A stretch of DNA of 64,000 bases from Sarea resinae. Taxonomy: Eukaryota. Numbering within the stretch: the first letter of the stretch is position 1; each line of letters opens with the position of its first letter. A program made the translations under genes and the position numbers. Of the stretch, positions 1 through 12,548 are shown piece by piece. The notes beneath the pieces were generated by a model. It was not told where the DNA came from, ran no database searches, and saw nothing but the letters and a program-made list of their open reading frames with translations. Where the stretch lies: positions 248,001 through 312,000 of the forward strand of contig JAPEUD010000003.1 in the NCBI GenBank assembly GCA_026026165.1, given 5' to 3'.

Positions 1-264
1 ATCGATCGACCTCGGGCTAGGGACTGCGCGTAAGCGACAGAAGAACAAAACGAAACCAAAAATTAAGGCGTGCGCTCAATGGGCATCGGAAAGGGTTGTA
101 GGGCCGTTTTTTTTTTTCACGTTCGCGTGGCCGTGGCCACGGTCTCGAGTAGAGTCTCTGTAATCCTCTTCTTACCTTAGCTAGCTCCCCTGGTAGCTCC
201 TTGTCTACCTGTCCGCCTATCTGCCTATCCTATCCGGCTCACTTGGCGCATTGGGGAGAAGGGA

Positions 265-298
<34 letters not shown>

Positions 299-1372
299 AG
301 GGAGGAACGCACGGAGGGGTGGTCATCCGGTCCGCTATCCACATGCACCCCCATCAGGTGGGCAGGCGGGCGGGCGGGCATGAGTCTCGGTGCATGATCT
401 TGGCGTTGGTGGATCTTTCTCTCTTTCTCTCTCTATATACTGTACAGACATACACTATACGCACACATACATACGCACACACATACGCACACATACACAT
501 ACACACGTACACATAAGAAACAGTAATCCACATTGCAAAACAAAACCCAAGGTCTCGAAATCTAGCATTGTGCACGCAGAGTTTGAGAAGTTCTATATGT
601 CTGCTTGGCTCAAACCCTTTATGACCTCGAAATCTTTTCCATCTTTTTCCTGGTTCTCTACCTGTTCTGAACCTAAGAAAGATAGCAGCGCAAAAGGGAG
701 GGGGGGGGGGGGGGGGGGGGGGGAAGGGGAAGGCGCAATGAGAGACAAAGAAAAGGAAAAAAAGGCCTGGACGGAAACGCTTTTAGCTGAGAAGAACGAA
801 GGAAAGAATAATGGCAGCCAGCTACGTGAAGGACGATACTGGTCGGCTGGTCGGTCGGTTGATCTAGCACGGGATTTTATTTTTAGAAAAAAACAAGGTT
901 CCTGCAAACTTTTCTTCCTTCCTGCCTGCTCGTATTGCTTTCTCTTTTCCGTATGTCCCGAAGTCGTTTCATCATCTTTCTTCCCCCTCTCGACTCCGAG
1001 GGTGTTTTTTGCTGCTTATTTCTTTGATCAGGGGAGAACTTTCCATCATCTTTGCTCGATATGGCTTAAAATGAAGAACACTGTGCGGAGAGAGAGAGAG
1101 AGAAAAAGGAAGCGCCAAGGCCAAAGATGCAAGGTTAGAACAAGGAGACCTTGGCTCGCAGGTCATTGTATCTTTGTTGAAATAATGGCAGATGAGGTGA
1201 AGTTGAAAATGACGTAGATGGCGCCGATGACGCCGAGTGACACCGCTGACGCCACGAAAAGAAGACATCATTGATAAGAAGGATGATAATGGTAGTGAAT
1301 GGATAGGGAGGTGAGTGGTTGCTATTCGGACTAGTCCGGTGGAGGTGAAAGCGGTAGAAGTGGCTATCCTGC

Positions 1373-2870
1373 TTATGATCCAACAACAGCTTGGGCGGGG
1401 TCCTGGGTGGAATGGTGGGCGTGGAAACCATCGAGAGTGACATTGACGGCTCCGGCTTGGACAAGCTGGGAAAGAATCAGTATTGTCCAATGACGAAAGA
1501 ATGGCAGACAGTGGAAGAATTGGGGAAACCTACCGCGCGTCTCAAATCATCGATCAAGTCCTCGACATCCTCGATCCCGACGCACAGCCGGATGATATCC
1601 TCAGGCATGTTCCTCTCGGCCCGAGTCTTGGCATCGATGCTGGCGTGGCTCATGCGGCACGGCATGCTGATGAGACTGTTGACACAGCCAAATGAAACAC
1701 TAATCGCCCACAACCGCGCCGCTTCGACGATACGCTCGCTGATCTGCACGTCGCCCGTCTCAAACGAGAGCACGGCGCCCGCTCCACGTGCCATGCTCCA
1801 GTGCAGGTCGTATTGAGGGTGCGACTTGAGGCCCGGGTACCGGACGCGGAAGCCATGGGATTCAAGGAATTCGGCAATTCGCTGGGCGTTAGATTGCTGT
1901 TTTTCCATACGCACGCCCAGAGTCTTGATGCCGCGAAGGAGAAGCCAGGAGTCAAAGGGTGAGAGGCCGCAGCCTGAGGCATTGATCGTGAAGAAGAGCC
2001 GGTCGCCAATTGCAGAGTCGTTGAAGGCGAGGACGCCGGCCATGAGGTCATGATGGCCCGAGAGGTATTTGGTCCCGCTTTCGTAGACAATGTCGGCGCC
2101 GAGATCGAGCGGGTTCTGGAGGAGGGGTGAGAGCATGGTGTTATCGACCGCAACTAGGGCTTTGGGGTTCGCCGCATGAGCGTATGAGGTGATGGTAGGA
2201 ATGTCGACGATCTTGATGAGAGGATTGGTGGGTGACTCAAGAAGCACCATAGCTGTTTTAGGGCCAAGGACTCCTCGAACCTTTTCTGGGTCCGTGGTAT
2301 CGACATGATGAACGATTATTTCGCCGTTGGTGGCAAGGTACTTCAGGAGACGATTGGTTCCGCCGTAGAGGTCGTCTCCCGTTACCACCTCGTCGCCCGG
2401 CCGAAGAAGCCGCGTAATGACATCGAGTGCACCCATTCCGGACGAAACAACAAGCGCCCTCTGTGCCGACATGATCTTTGCAAGATGCCGCTCCAAGTGT
2501 GACCGTGTAGGGTTTCCGGAGCGTGTATAGTCATACTCTCCTGCTCCACCTCCGGGTGGTTGCTTGAACGTAGCCGACTGCACGAACCAAGTCAGCATCT
2601 GTGTCCTGGGGTAGACGGTCCACACAATGGGATTACCTGGTATATCGGTACGCTGCTCGCGTTGTATTGATCATTGGTTTCCGTATAGACCAATTCCGTT
2701 GCTAGAGCGTATCTCCTGCCATTGCGCGGGCTGGATGGCGCGGGTGATGGCGGCAGGTCATGACCATCAAGGTCGATGTGTGCAAAAGCCTTGCTGAGGA
2801 CGCTGGTCTTCCCGGTCGAGGCTCGAGAGCTCTCTGGGGCGGATGAGGAGGATGACGATGGCGAAGACAT
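1373..2870 (-). CDS. STR3: Cystathionine beta-lyase (Cys/Met metabolism PLP enzyme), 3 exons
   Basis: Motifs ASSVPIYQ|SATFKQ, YDYTRSGNPTR, LESPTNP, VDNT and ESGTKYLSGHHD (PLP lysine). GT-AG introns at about 2637-2578 and 1533-1467. Last exon reads LVQAGAVNVTLDGF...VVGS* with the stop at 1373-1375. Confidence 0.92.
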
Positions 2871-3312
2871 GACGGCGGGGCGAGAATAGCCTGCTCACAG
2901 GCTCTGGGAGAAACTGGGCCGGGTGACGATTCGGAAGATGGCTTCTACGAATTGGTGTTCTGTGATCGTAAGATGGATGTGGCGGTGAGAGATGGAGGAA
3001 GATGAAGACGGAAGTGGAAATGGTGAGATTCGTGTGCGTGATGGAGTCAATGAGTCGAAAGTTCCAGGGTGATGGCGATTTCGGAGCTCCAGCGGCCACG
3101 ATCGCTAATCGTGGGGTATTACGTCTTCAGCGGCCAATCAGACATTTCACGGCCATGATTTCTCGAGGGTGGCTACTTCAGTAGATCGGGCAATCTGGGG
3201 TACATGAGCGCAGGCGACGAGTATGCAGCGTGCCAGGTACCGCGGTACCTTATTGGCGTACCCCGTACTCTTGTTTACTCGGATACATCTCACTGTGAAT
3301 GGCATCTCCAAT

Positions 3313-3370
3313 CGATATATCAGATACACGATATATCAGATACACGATATATCAGATACACGATATATCA
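3313..3370. repeat. 16-bp tandem repeat CGATATATCAGATACA x3.6
   Basis: Read directly; units start at 3313, 3329, 3345 and 3361 (partial). Confidence 0.95.
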
Positions 3371-3478
3371 TAGCGTCCGTCTCTCTATGAACAAGGAAGA
3401 TGACTTGGAGATGCAGTCAAGCATGAGAGTAGAGTAGCAACATGAAGCGGATTCGTCGTGTGGCAGCCTCGTTCACTA

Positions 3479-3485
3479 TGACTCA
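3479..3485 (+). promoter_or_regulatory. Gcn4/CpcA-type element TGACTCA
   Basis: Exact TGACTCA about 120 bp upstream of the GluRS ATG, in the divergent promoter shared with cystathionine beta-lyase. Confidence 0.55.
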
Positions 3486-3602
3486 CCTTGGATCATCTTC
3501 ACTCTCTCGTGGACTGGCAATACTGACCTGTATCAGTGTGTATAACCCTCGAAACAACGAGCTAGGCAGGTAATCAGCACGGTATGGAGCTTCATCATAC
3601 CG

Positions 3603-5786
3603 ATGGCTCTTGTCCTTACTGTTGCTGCCAAGGTAAACGCGGCAGCCTTGATTCCGACACTGCTAGCAGCCACCCTCGTCAACCAAAATGGGACCGGACG
3701 AGATATCGCCATTGTGTTCGAGGACGCCGATTCTGTTGGGTCTGGAGAGAATTACCTTCAGCTGACTCTTGAAAGCGGCAGTCTCGTCTATGATCAAGCC
3801 ACATTCGAGCATCTGCGAGAAATCCTTTCCCAGTTCCAGGCAGGCAACACGCAGCAGGTAGATCATATTCAGCTCTCCCTTAGAGCGCTTTTACTGATTG
3901 ATTCAGGTCACAGAATGGATCACCCGTTCTCACGATCTGAGTGCGCTTGACTTCAAGGCTCTGGAGAGGCCATTTGCTGAATTAGATGCACATCTCGTAC
4001 TTCGCTCCTACATTGTTGGATACTCTCTTACCCTCGCTGATCTAGCCGCTTGGGGAGTCATTCGTGGAAACAAGGTTCTTATGGCCACCATCAGAAAGAA
4101 AACTGGTAATGTACGTCGATGGTTTGAGTTGATAGAGGCTACGAACCCCTGGATCAGCGAAGTGGTCAATGATCTTAATGCGCCAGCCCAACGAAGACGC
4201 GCCGCAGACAGTGCCACCGGTGCAAGCTACAACATCGGGCTGGAAAACCTTGAAAACGGTATTGTCACTCGATTTCCTCCCGAACCTTCTGGATTTCTTC
4301 ATATTGGCCACGCCAAAGCCGCGTTACTCAACGATTACTTCGCACACGACCACGCTACCGGAACCTTGATCTGTCGTTTCGATGACACCAATCCTTCAAA
4401 GGAGGCAGTGGAATTTCAAGACGCCATCAAAGATGATTTGAGCTTGCTTGGAATCATCCCGGACAAGACGACCTTCTCCAGTGATTACTTCCAGCTGATG
4501 TACGAGCTCTGCCAGAAACTTATCTCTAGTGGCCATGCGTACGCCGATGACACGGATAAAGCGACGATGAACGATGAGAGAGGCGACGGCATTGCCAGCA
4601 AACACCGGAGTATGGGCCTGGAGGAAACCCTGGCCCGTCTCGAAGAGATGAAGTCGGGTTCCGCAGAGGGATTCAGATGGTGCATTCGAGCGAGAATCTC
4701 TGTTGACGATCCGAACAAAGCGATGCGCGATCCGGTCATGTACCGCTGCAACCTCAAGCCACATCATAGGACAGGAAGTACCTGGAAGATATACCCGACG
4801 TACGATTTCTGCGCTCCTGTCCTTGATTCCGTCGAAGGAGTGACTCATGCGCTTCGGACAAATGAATATCGAGATCGGAATGCTCAATATGCTTGGGTCC
4901 AGAATGCACTTGGCCTTAGGCAAGTCACAATTTGGGATTTTGCACGCATGAACTTCATTCGTACCGTTCTCTCGAAGAGAAAGCTCACAATGCTGGTGAG
5001 AAAGGCGCGGTCTGGGGCTGGGACGATCCCAGGATGCCGACGATTCGCGGTATCAGACGACGGGGGATGACCATTCCTGCTCTGCGCGAGTTCATACTCA
5101 AACAAGGCCCTAGTAGATACATCGTCAATCTAGATTGGACTCTATTTTGGGCGACCAATAAGAAGTACATTGATCCCATTGCTCCTCGTTTTACTGCGGT
5201 CAACAAAGAAGACATGGTCTCGGCTACTGTTCATGGCGCCGGCGGTGTGCAAGTAGCGACCAAGCTAAGACATAGCAAGAATCCTTCTCTGGGCTCAAAG
5301 AAGGTGGCGTACAGCGAAAAGGTCATCCTGGACCAGCAGGACGCGCGAGCTTTCAAGCTTGACGAGGAAATCACTCTCATGAACTGGGGCAACGCATTCG
5401 TCCGTCAAATCGCTCAGGATCCGCAGACAAAGCGAGTCTCTAGCCTAGAATTGGAGCTTCATCTGGCGGGCGATGTAAAGAAAACAGAAAAGAAGATCAC
5501 CTGGCTGTCAAAAGAAGGCCAAGATCTTGTCTCTGTAGACCTGGTGGATTTCGATTATTTGATTACCAAGGACAAGATTGAAAAAGGAGAGGACCTGCTG
5601 GCATTTCTGACTTCGAAGACCGAATTTCACACTCAGGCCTGGGCTGACTGCAACCTTGCTTCCCTTGCAGAGAATGAAATCATTCAGTTTGAACGCAAAG
5701 GATATTTCCGCGTCGATCGGCCTTTCGGCAAGGACGAGGGAGAATCAGCAGTTCTATTCTGTATTCCAACGGGGAAGAAAGTTTGA
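3603..5786 (+). CDS. GUS1: Cytosolic glutamyl-tRNA synthetase; one intron (3858-3906) and an apparent 1-nt frameshift at about 4997
   Basis: TRFPPEPSGFLHIGHAKA (HIGH), RFDDTNP, IYPTYDF, LSKRKL; then in another frame WGWDDPRMPTIRG and QFERKGYF. GST-like N-terminal region. Confidence 0.93.
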
Positions 5787-7224
5787 GCGTCGACATTACG
5801 TCTTAATTCAGACTCAGCTGCCAGTTGTTTATATGATCTCTTGTCCTTCTCCGAGGAAAATTTTGCACTCCCATCGAATATATCTCGGACGACCTCCTTT
5901 TTCATTACATGCACGAGCCTGAAAATGGATGCAAATGGTGGCATGCAAAGCTTGATACTTGATCTACTGAGCATCTCGGTCTTCGATCTTATAAGCCTCG
6001 TTGCCGTCCTTTGCGTCTTCAAGCCTTTCTTTCATCGTCTTGTCATAGCGTACGCGAGAATGCATTCCATGTGAGCGGTACATCTTCTTAGGACCTTTCT
6101 GCACCAAACAGCTTCTCATGCACATTGATTTGTGAGAGGCAATGAAACTCAGAGCTACTGCAATGAAACGGCTATTTCTTGTTATAAGACACGAAGCTCA
6201 GTCTTTCCTACGACCGCCAATCACGGGGTCCCCACCCAACTGCCATTCTCTTCTAGAAAAAGCCATCTCCAGCCGGCGGTGTCATTGCAGCTACCGAGCT
6301 ATTAAAACACGACCATAGCCGTTCCTGCATGCAATCTCTGCCGGTTTTCTCTTCGCTTCATACCACGCGGTGCTGATATCATCCCAGCACTAACGCCTCC
6401 CGACTCGCAAAGCCATGGCACATCGAGTCTTCTCGACACCTGCCCATCCTTCAAAGCCCACGCAAATATCCCAAAATATGACCCCCTTTCTTGGCAGTCG
6501 AGTAGACCACAGCTTGCTTGCTTGCAAAACACCACCACCACCTCCCACAATACCCTCCCCCCAGACTGTCCTCAGAGGTCGTCGTCGGCCAGAGCACAGC
6601 GAGACGGGCCTTGCCGTACGCCATAAAAGCTTTTGAAAATCGCTGAGCCGCCGAGCTGATTGATCGCTGGGGGGTCTTGATAGCGCTTTTTTTTCTTCTC
6701 TCCGTACTGGGAGCTTGTAGGATAGGGTCTTTATGGTGTGGAGATTGAGGGAGGGAGGGAGGGAGAGAGAGAGGTCGTCGATGGGACGGAGGGGTAAGTA
6801 TAGTCGCTAGAGAAATTAATACAAGCTCATGGAAGAGACTATGGCTGGTTCATGTTGTGGTTAGTGTAAAGGGAAGAAAAGGAAAGGAGAAGAAGAAAAA
6901 AAAAACAGCAAGGGAAAGGACAGCAAAGGAAAAGGGAAAGGCATGGTTCTAGAGAATTGAATGAATAAATGAATGAATGAGTAAACTACTGTTTTACGTG
7001 TGATTCCGACCTCTGATCATCTTCATTGTCATCATCATCACTATCATCGTCACTATCATCGTCATTCCTCTCCGCATCCCTAGTCCAGTTTTCGTACTAT
7101 TCCCTTGCCTACGACCTACTATATACGCACATCCAGGAGCAGAGCACACACACACACAACGTGAAAGGTCAGACCAAAAGAAGGGACTTAGATCTAGGAA
7201 ACCAAGAGGCCCCTCGCCCGCCTC

Positions 7225-7225
<1 letters not shown>

Positions 7226-7265
<40 letters not shown>
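7226..7265. repeat. Poly-C tract (40 nt)
   Basis: Read directly. A 24-nt poly-G tract also lies at 700-723. Confidence 0.9.
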
Positions 7266-7267
<2 letters not shown>

Positions 7268-7315
7268 AAAGGGGAAAAAAAACAAAAAACGCAAGACCCA
7301 TCTAAACCGCCTGGG

Positions 7316-7395
7316 TTACCCTATGCCCTATACCCTTTACCCTATGCCCTATACCCTTTACCCTTTAACCCTTAGCCTTTAGCCTTTAGCCTTTA
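7316..7395. repeat. Degenerate 7-bp telomere-like array (TTACCCT/ATGCCCT/ATACCCT/TTAGCCT)
   Basis: About 11 heptamers, with a 21-bp higher-order unit present twice. Confidence 0.85.
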
Positions 7396-7730
7396 TCGGG
7401 GGGCATGCATGAGTTTGATTGGCTCCTTTCACCCCGTCTTTTCGTAATCCGCGTGTTGTGAGATTGGTAGGTAGGGGATGGATTGTAATGTAATGTAACG
7501 TAATGACTAGAGTCCGGGACGCCGAGGGTTTTGTATGATCTGCAGAAGAGGGTTTGGTGCTCGAGGGAGGGGCCGAGGGGGGGGGGGGGAGCGGGGAATA
7601 AGAGAGATAGGTGCAGATCAGAGGTAGGTAGGAGAGAGGTGGGGAGGGAAGGAGAGTGGATAGGATCTAGATGACGAAAGCAAGGTTAGCAGAGAAGAGA
7701 AGAGCGGCAAAGGCAAGCAAGCTGAAGCCA

Positions 7731-9264
7731 TCACTCGACGGCCTCTCCATAGCTTTCCGCCCGACTGTCCAGCTCCTCGTCTTCGTCGTCATCGTCGTCC
7801 TCGCCCGCAGCCGCGCGCTCGGCAATCCGGTCCCGGACGTTGTCGTTCAGAACCTGCAAGCCGCCCTTCCGGCCGAAGAAATCCTCCGTCCTGACACCGC
7901 GCACGTCGAGCTCGTAGTCGACGCCGTCGATGCCCTCGCCCGCGTCCCGCTTGCTCCGGATGAACTCCCGCACCGGCGCCATGGCGGCGTCGCGACAGGC
8001 CTCCTTGATGTCTGACCCGCTCATGCCCGCCATCACCGAAACCAGGAAGTGCATGTCCAGGTGCTCCGTGTCCAGCTTAGTGTCTTTGAGGACCAGCGAC
8101 AGGATGCGCTGCCGTTGCTGCGACGTCGGTAGCGACACGGGGAACTTTTTCGGCATCCGTCGCAGGATCGCGTCGTCGATGTCCTGGATCCGGTTGGTGG
8201 CGCCTAGGATTAGGATGCGTGAGGGGCTGCCCGAGGCTGAGGCCGACGTGAGCCCGTCCCAGTGCGTCATGAATCTAGGTGGAGGGGTGGGTGCGTTAGT
8301 GGGAGTGTGGATAAGGCCAAGAAAGAAAAGGGGCAACCTACTCGGCCTTGACCATGCCGCTTGCTTCGTGGTCGCTGGTTCTCCTGGTGCCGAGCACGGC
8401 GTCGATCTCGTCGATGAAGACAATCGTCGGTTGGAGTTTGCGCGCGAGCGAGAAGACGGCGTTGACGAGCTTGTTCGAGTCGCCGTACCATTTCTCTGTT
8501 AGCGTTGAGATGTGCAAATTGATGAAGCAGGCACCGCTCTCGTGAGCGAGAGCTTTGGCCAGCATCGTCTTGCCACATCCGGGGGGCCCGTAGAGGAGCA
8601 CGCCTGAGGGGGCGGAGAGGAGCGACGACGTTTGCGAGTAGAGGTGGGGAAGGGTGAGGGGGTAGATGACGGATTCTTTGAGCTCTTCGATGATGTCTTC
8701 GAGGCCGCCGATGTCTGCACAGAGGATCTTTGTTAATGACAAGCACCATTGACGGGGAATGCTTGAAAGAGGGTGTTTGAGTGGGCAGGGCAGACGTGCC
8801 TTCAAATGTTACTGGAATGTCCTCGGGCGCAACAAGCTCCATTGCAATCGACTGCTCGTACTGCGAGAGGACCAAGTCCTCCTTTCGTGGCCGGGTTGGC
8901 TCCCTGCGCTCCAGATGCTGTTCGCCATTCCGTCGCCCGTCTAATCTTCGCAGAGCGGCGGTTGAGGCGGCCGCTTTCTGTTTCGCCTCTTCCTTCTGGT
9001 CGGAGTCGGGATCGAAGCGGGCGAGGATATAGCGGACGAGGTAGTAAGTTGAGACTTGCTGCATATAGGGTGCCAATCAGTAAACACGAAGCCAAGCTCC
9101 GGGGATGACTTTGGGGTTGGGGCAGACGATGCTAATGGACACCGAGGCACAGATGGACGACGGCGATCTAGTGTAGTAGATGCTGGACTTACAGCAGCGG
9201 CGATCAGTAGTATATCTTGGAAGAATTGGAATTTGCGCATTCCCGGACCGGACCCCGAAGACAT
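7731..9264 (-). CDS. MSP1: Msp1/ATAD1 membrane-anchored AAA ATPase, 4 exons
   Basis: N-terminal hydrophobic anchor, DIGGLEDII, Walker [14 protein letters not shown], pore loop KWYGDS, Walker [38 protein letters not shown]. Confidence 0.92.
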
Positions 9265-9942
9265 CTTGGTCTAGGGGTAGAAGATGATCAGAGCAGCAAG
9301 ACAAAGTGAAAGAGATGTCGTCGGTGATGGCAAAGGTAGACACAGATAGTTGAGATGGATGAGGACTGATAACTGCCAATTGCTCCGTAGGCGCTCTAGC
9401 TCGAATGGCTACGTCGTTGCGGTTCACTGGCGGTACAAGCGAGGCGCATACTCCGAGTAGAGTCAGGCAGCCATTCCTCGTACCGCCGCGGCTCCGGGCA
9501 ATTGCGGATGAAGAAGGAGAGAAGAAGAGAAAGATGGTGACGATGTTGGTTCTTGAAGGCAGTGAAGATGATCTACTCGAATTGATTTCGACCGAAATCA
9601 TCACTCGTACAGCGCACTGTATTGCTCCATTGCATTGATGCTTCTGCTCCACACAAGGTAGACAGCTCGTGGAGTGCAGGCAGCTTACGTAATGGGCATA
9701 CTGCATGCTAGTCCCGAAACGCGCGGGTCGGGTATCTCTGTACCGCGTAAACAAAGCAGCGCCCACCACCCACCACCCACTCTCTCAATCTCATCGCATC
9801 CCTCATTCCAGCTTCAGCATTCGACACGATTGGCACCAAATTGCTTCACCGAAGAGCAGAAGAACGGGTATAGCTCTCTGCTCGCTTGAAGCTCCTCGCG
9901 TATTTCCGCGAACATTGGCGTCATCCGGCTCCTCGCGTTGCG

Positions 9943-11629
9943 ATGCCGAAGAACAAGGTGGGGACGTCATTCTCCCATCTGATCGATTCCGCGTCCGAAG
10001 ACGACTTCAATCGCAGTCAAAGCGAAGCACCAATGACGCCCGACTCGGCCGCTGAAAACAAAGCCCCAACCAAGAAAGCTCGCGGTAGGCCCAAAGGAAC
10101 CACCAACAAGGCGCCCGCGTCAAAAGCATCGACACGAAGAACCAGCGGCGCGTCAGTGCGAGCAGGCAAGAAGAAAGGAGCGGCAAAGAAGCCGGCGAGT
10201 AAACGTGGCGCCCTCAAGGAAATGGCCAATGAGCAACAAGCAAGCGACACCGAGGAGGTGGATGAATTCGACGGTCAGGAAGATGAAGAGCCGCGGGACG
10301 ATGCTTCGATGGACGAATTGGACGTGTCAGCGATCGCTTCCAAAGCACCAGCAAAGAAAGGAAGACCTCCAAAGTCGAAACAAGGATTAGACCCTGTCAA
10401 GGGTAGCAGCGCGGGTGAATCGCCAGGCTCTTTCAGCCAGACGAAATCGGCACCTAAGGCATCATCTGTCAATAAGAAGCCCGCGGCCACTAAGAGAAAG
10501 GTGGGCGCACAGCCTGTGAAAGAAGAGAAAATCATTCCCGAGACGCAGCCAATGGCAATGGATGTCGATGATACAGCTGGCATTGAAGAGGATACAATCG
10601 TGCCTATAGCTCGCCCCGTGGAGCGATCGAATCGTCCGCCACGCGCTGAATCGAAACAACGTCAGCCTGCGGCAGCTCGGCGAAGAGCAGGGAGCGCATC
10701 GGATACCGAGAGAGGGAGTGACCCGGCCCTCAGAAGAAGGTTGGGCGAGATGACCAAGAAATTTGAGAGCCTTGATCTGAAATACCGTAATTTACGTGAT
10801 GTCGGAGTCAAAGAAGCAGAAGCCAACTTCGATAAGCTCAAAAAGCGAAGCGAAGAGAATGCCAAAGGTAGATCATCAATTTGGTTGCGTTGCAAGGTTG
10901 CTGACTCTCTACAGCTGCGAATGAGATCATCGCGTCCTTGAAGAAGGAGCTGGCTGCTCAGACCACCGTAGCTCAGGAGACAAAGTCTCTGCGGAAACAG
11001 CTTCAGGACAGAGACACCGAAATGGAGAATTTGAAGTCACAGGTTTCACAACTGAGTTCGGACCTTTCTGAAGCTCAAAACGAGAACAAATCATTATCTA
11101 CGAAGTTGTCTGCAAACAGAGCAGCCGCGTCGTCCGTCCAAAGTTCAAACGTCAGGACACCAGGAAGCGCAGTGAAGTCGAACGGAGCAGGCCGAACGAT
11201 CATGGTGGGAAGTGCGGAGGCAGCCAACGCAGCACAGATTGCGCAATTGAAAGAAGACCTTTACAGCGACCTGACAAATCTTATCATTCGCGACGTGCAG
11301 CGGGGCGAGGACGCTGATGTTTACGACTGTATCCAAACCGGGCGCAATGGAAGTAAGCGCTTTATGTCTACGGCACCCTTTGAAGAAGCGCATAAGCTAA
11401 TCCGATGTCACCAGCAATCCATTTCAAGCTTGCCGTCTCCAATGAGGGTGAGAGCTACAAAGAAACCAAGTTTCAATATATGCCGAAATTCGACAGCAAT
11501 CGCGACCGAGATCTTCTTGAACTGTTGCCCGATTACTTGACCGAGGAAATCGAATTCGCCCGGATGCATGCTGACCGATTCTACTCCCGGGTCGTGGACA
11601 CGATGACGAAGAAGTTCGTGGAGGAGTAG
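9943..11629 (+). CDS. Monopolin subunit Csm1/Pcs1-like kinetochore protein, 3 exons
   Basis: Basic low-complexity N-terminus with AT-hook-like RGRP/KGRP, then coiled coil. C-terminal Csm1-type domain LKEDLYSDLTNLIIRDV..VYDCIQTGRNG|IHFKL..LPDYLTEEIEF. GT-AG introns at about 10868-10913 and 11353-11414. Confidence 0.8.
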
Positions 11630-12548
11630 ATTCGCTTTCTCTATGTCTGTCTCTTCTAGGTCCGTCGAGTGAAAGGGGTGCTGGAGCACGGAGTCGGGCG
11701 TATCGATTGAACGGGAGAGAATAGCTTGACCACGTACGGTGTATGGTTTGGGTGCCGGCGTTCGTATGCTGTATTATTTAGGAGGCCATGTTCGCGTATC
11801 TCATGAACCTGCCATGCGAGTCTCGACGATCCACTTGAATTTACTCGCTATCACAGCCGCCGGGCATTCATCTCCATCTCTGATCTATCACAAGCGCTAT
11901 TTTGGCCATGCCTGCAATCATCAATCAGGATCGTATTCGATAACTAGAGGCAGGAGACAGTGATGATCTGATGATGTTGTTCGTATTGAGTGGTGGGGAC
12001 ACGGAAGTCGGGGGGGGAGGCTCGCCAAAAATAGCATGGCTGGTCGACTACTGTCTCACCGCCTACGGAGTACTAGGACACGGTCGTATCGCGTAAATCA
12101 CCTCACTTGTCTGTTCCTGTCCCGTATCTCAGATGCGAGTCTCCAGCCTACCTACCTATTCGATTCTTCCCCCTTTTCAGGTCATTGCATCCCTTTCCCT
12201 CATTTCGTCAATCCAGTGTCCCCTCATGGATTGAATATCTGCGATTGATCGCTATCCTCACACTCGCTCATCGTCAGGTTTCGGAGATTGGCTGACCTGC
12301 CACGTCATCTCGCTTTCGCCCGTCCAGTCGAGTCTGGAACGTCGATTTCCCAGGGTCCATCCGGGGTCTTTGGGGATCTCTCGCTTCCCACTCGCCCAGC
12401 CACCTCCCATCCACCCAATTTAGAGGAGGCCCCCCCTCGACCCTACCAGCCATTCATTCGCGGCCCAGCCTCACCAGAGCCTAGAAAACAAAGCTATTCA
12501 GCCGTCGTCGCATTCCTCATATCTTCCACTCTTTGCCTCCCAACAACC

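Noticed and set aside
201..1217. ORFs up to 275 aa at the window start
   Set aside because: They translate microsatellites and homopolymers (AAAG, CA, G24, GA) in the 3' flank of cystathionine beta-lyase and show no protein-like content.
6305..6430. ACACGACCATAG resembling the start of fungal 5S rRNA
   Set aside because: Similarity ends after about 12 nt; no 5S internal motifs or closing helix follow.
7300..7420. Telomerase RNA template
   Set aside because: No exact TAACCCTAA, the motif is part of a degenerate array, and too little downstream space remains on that strand.
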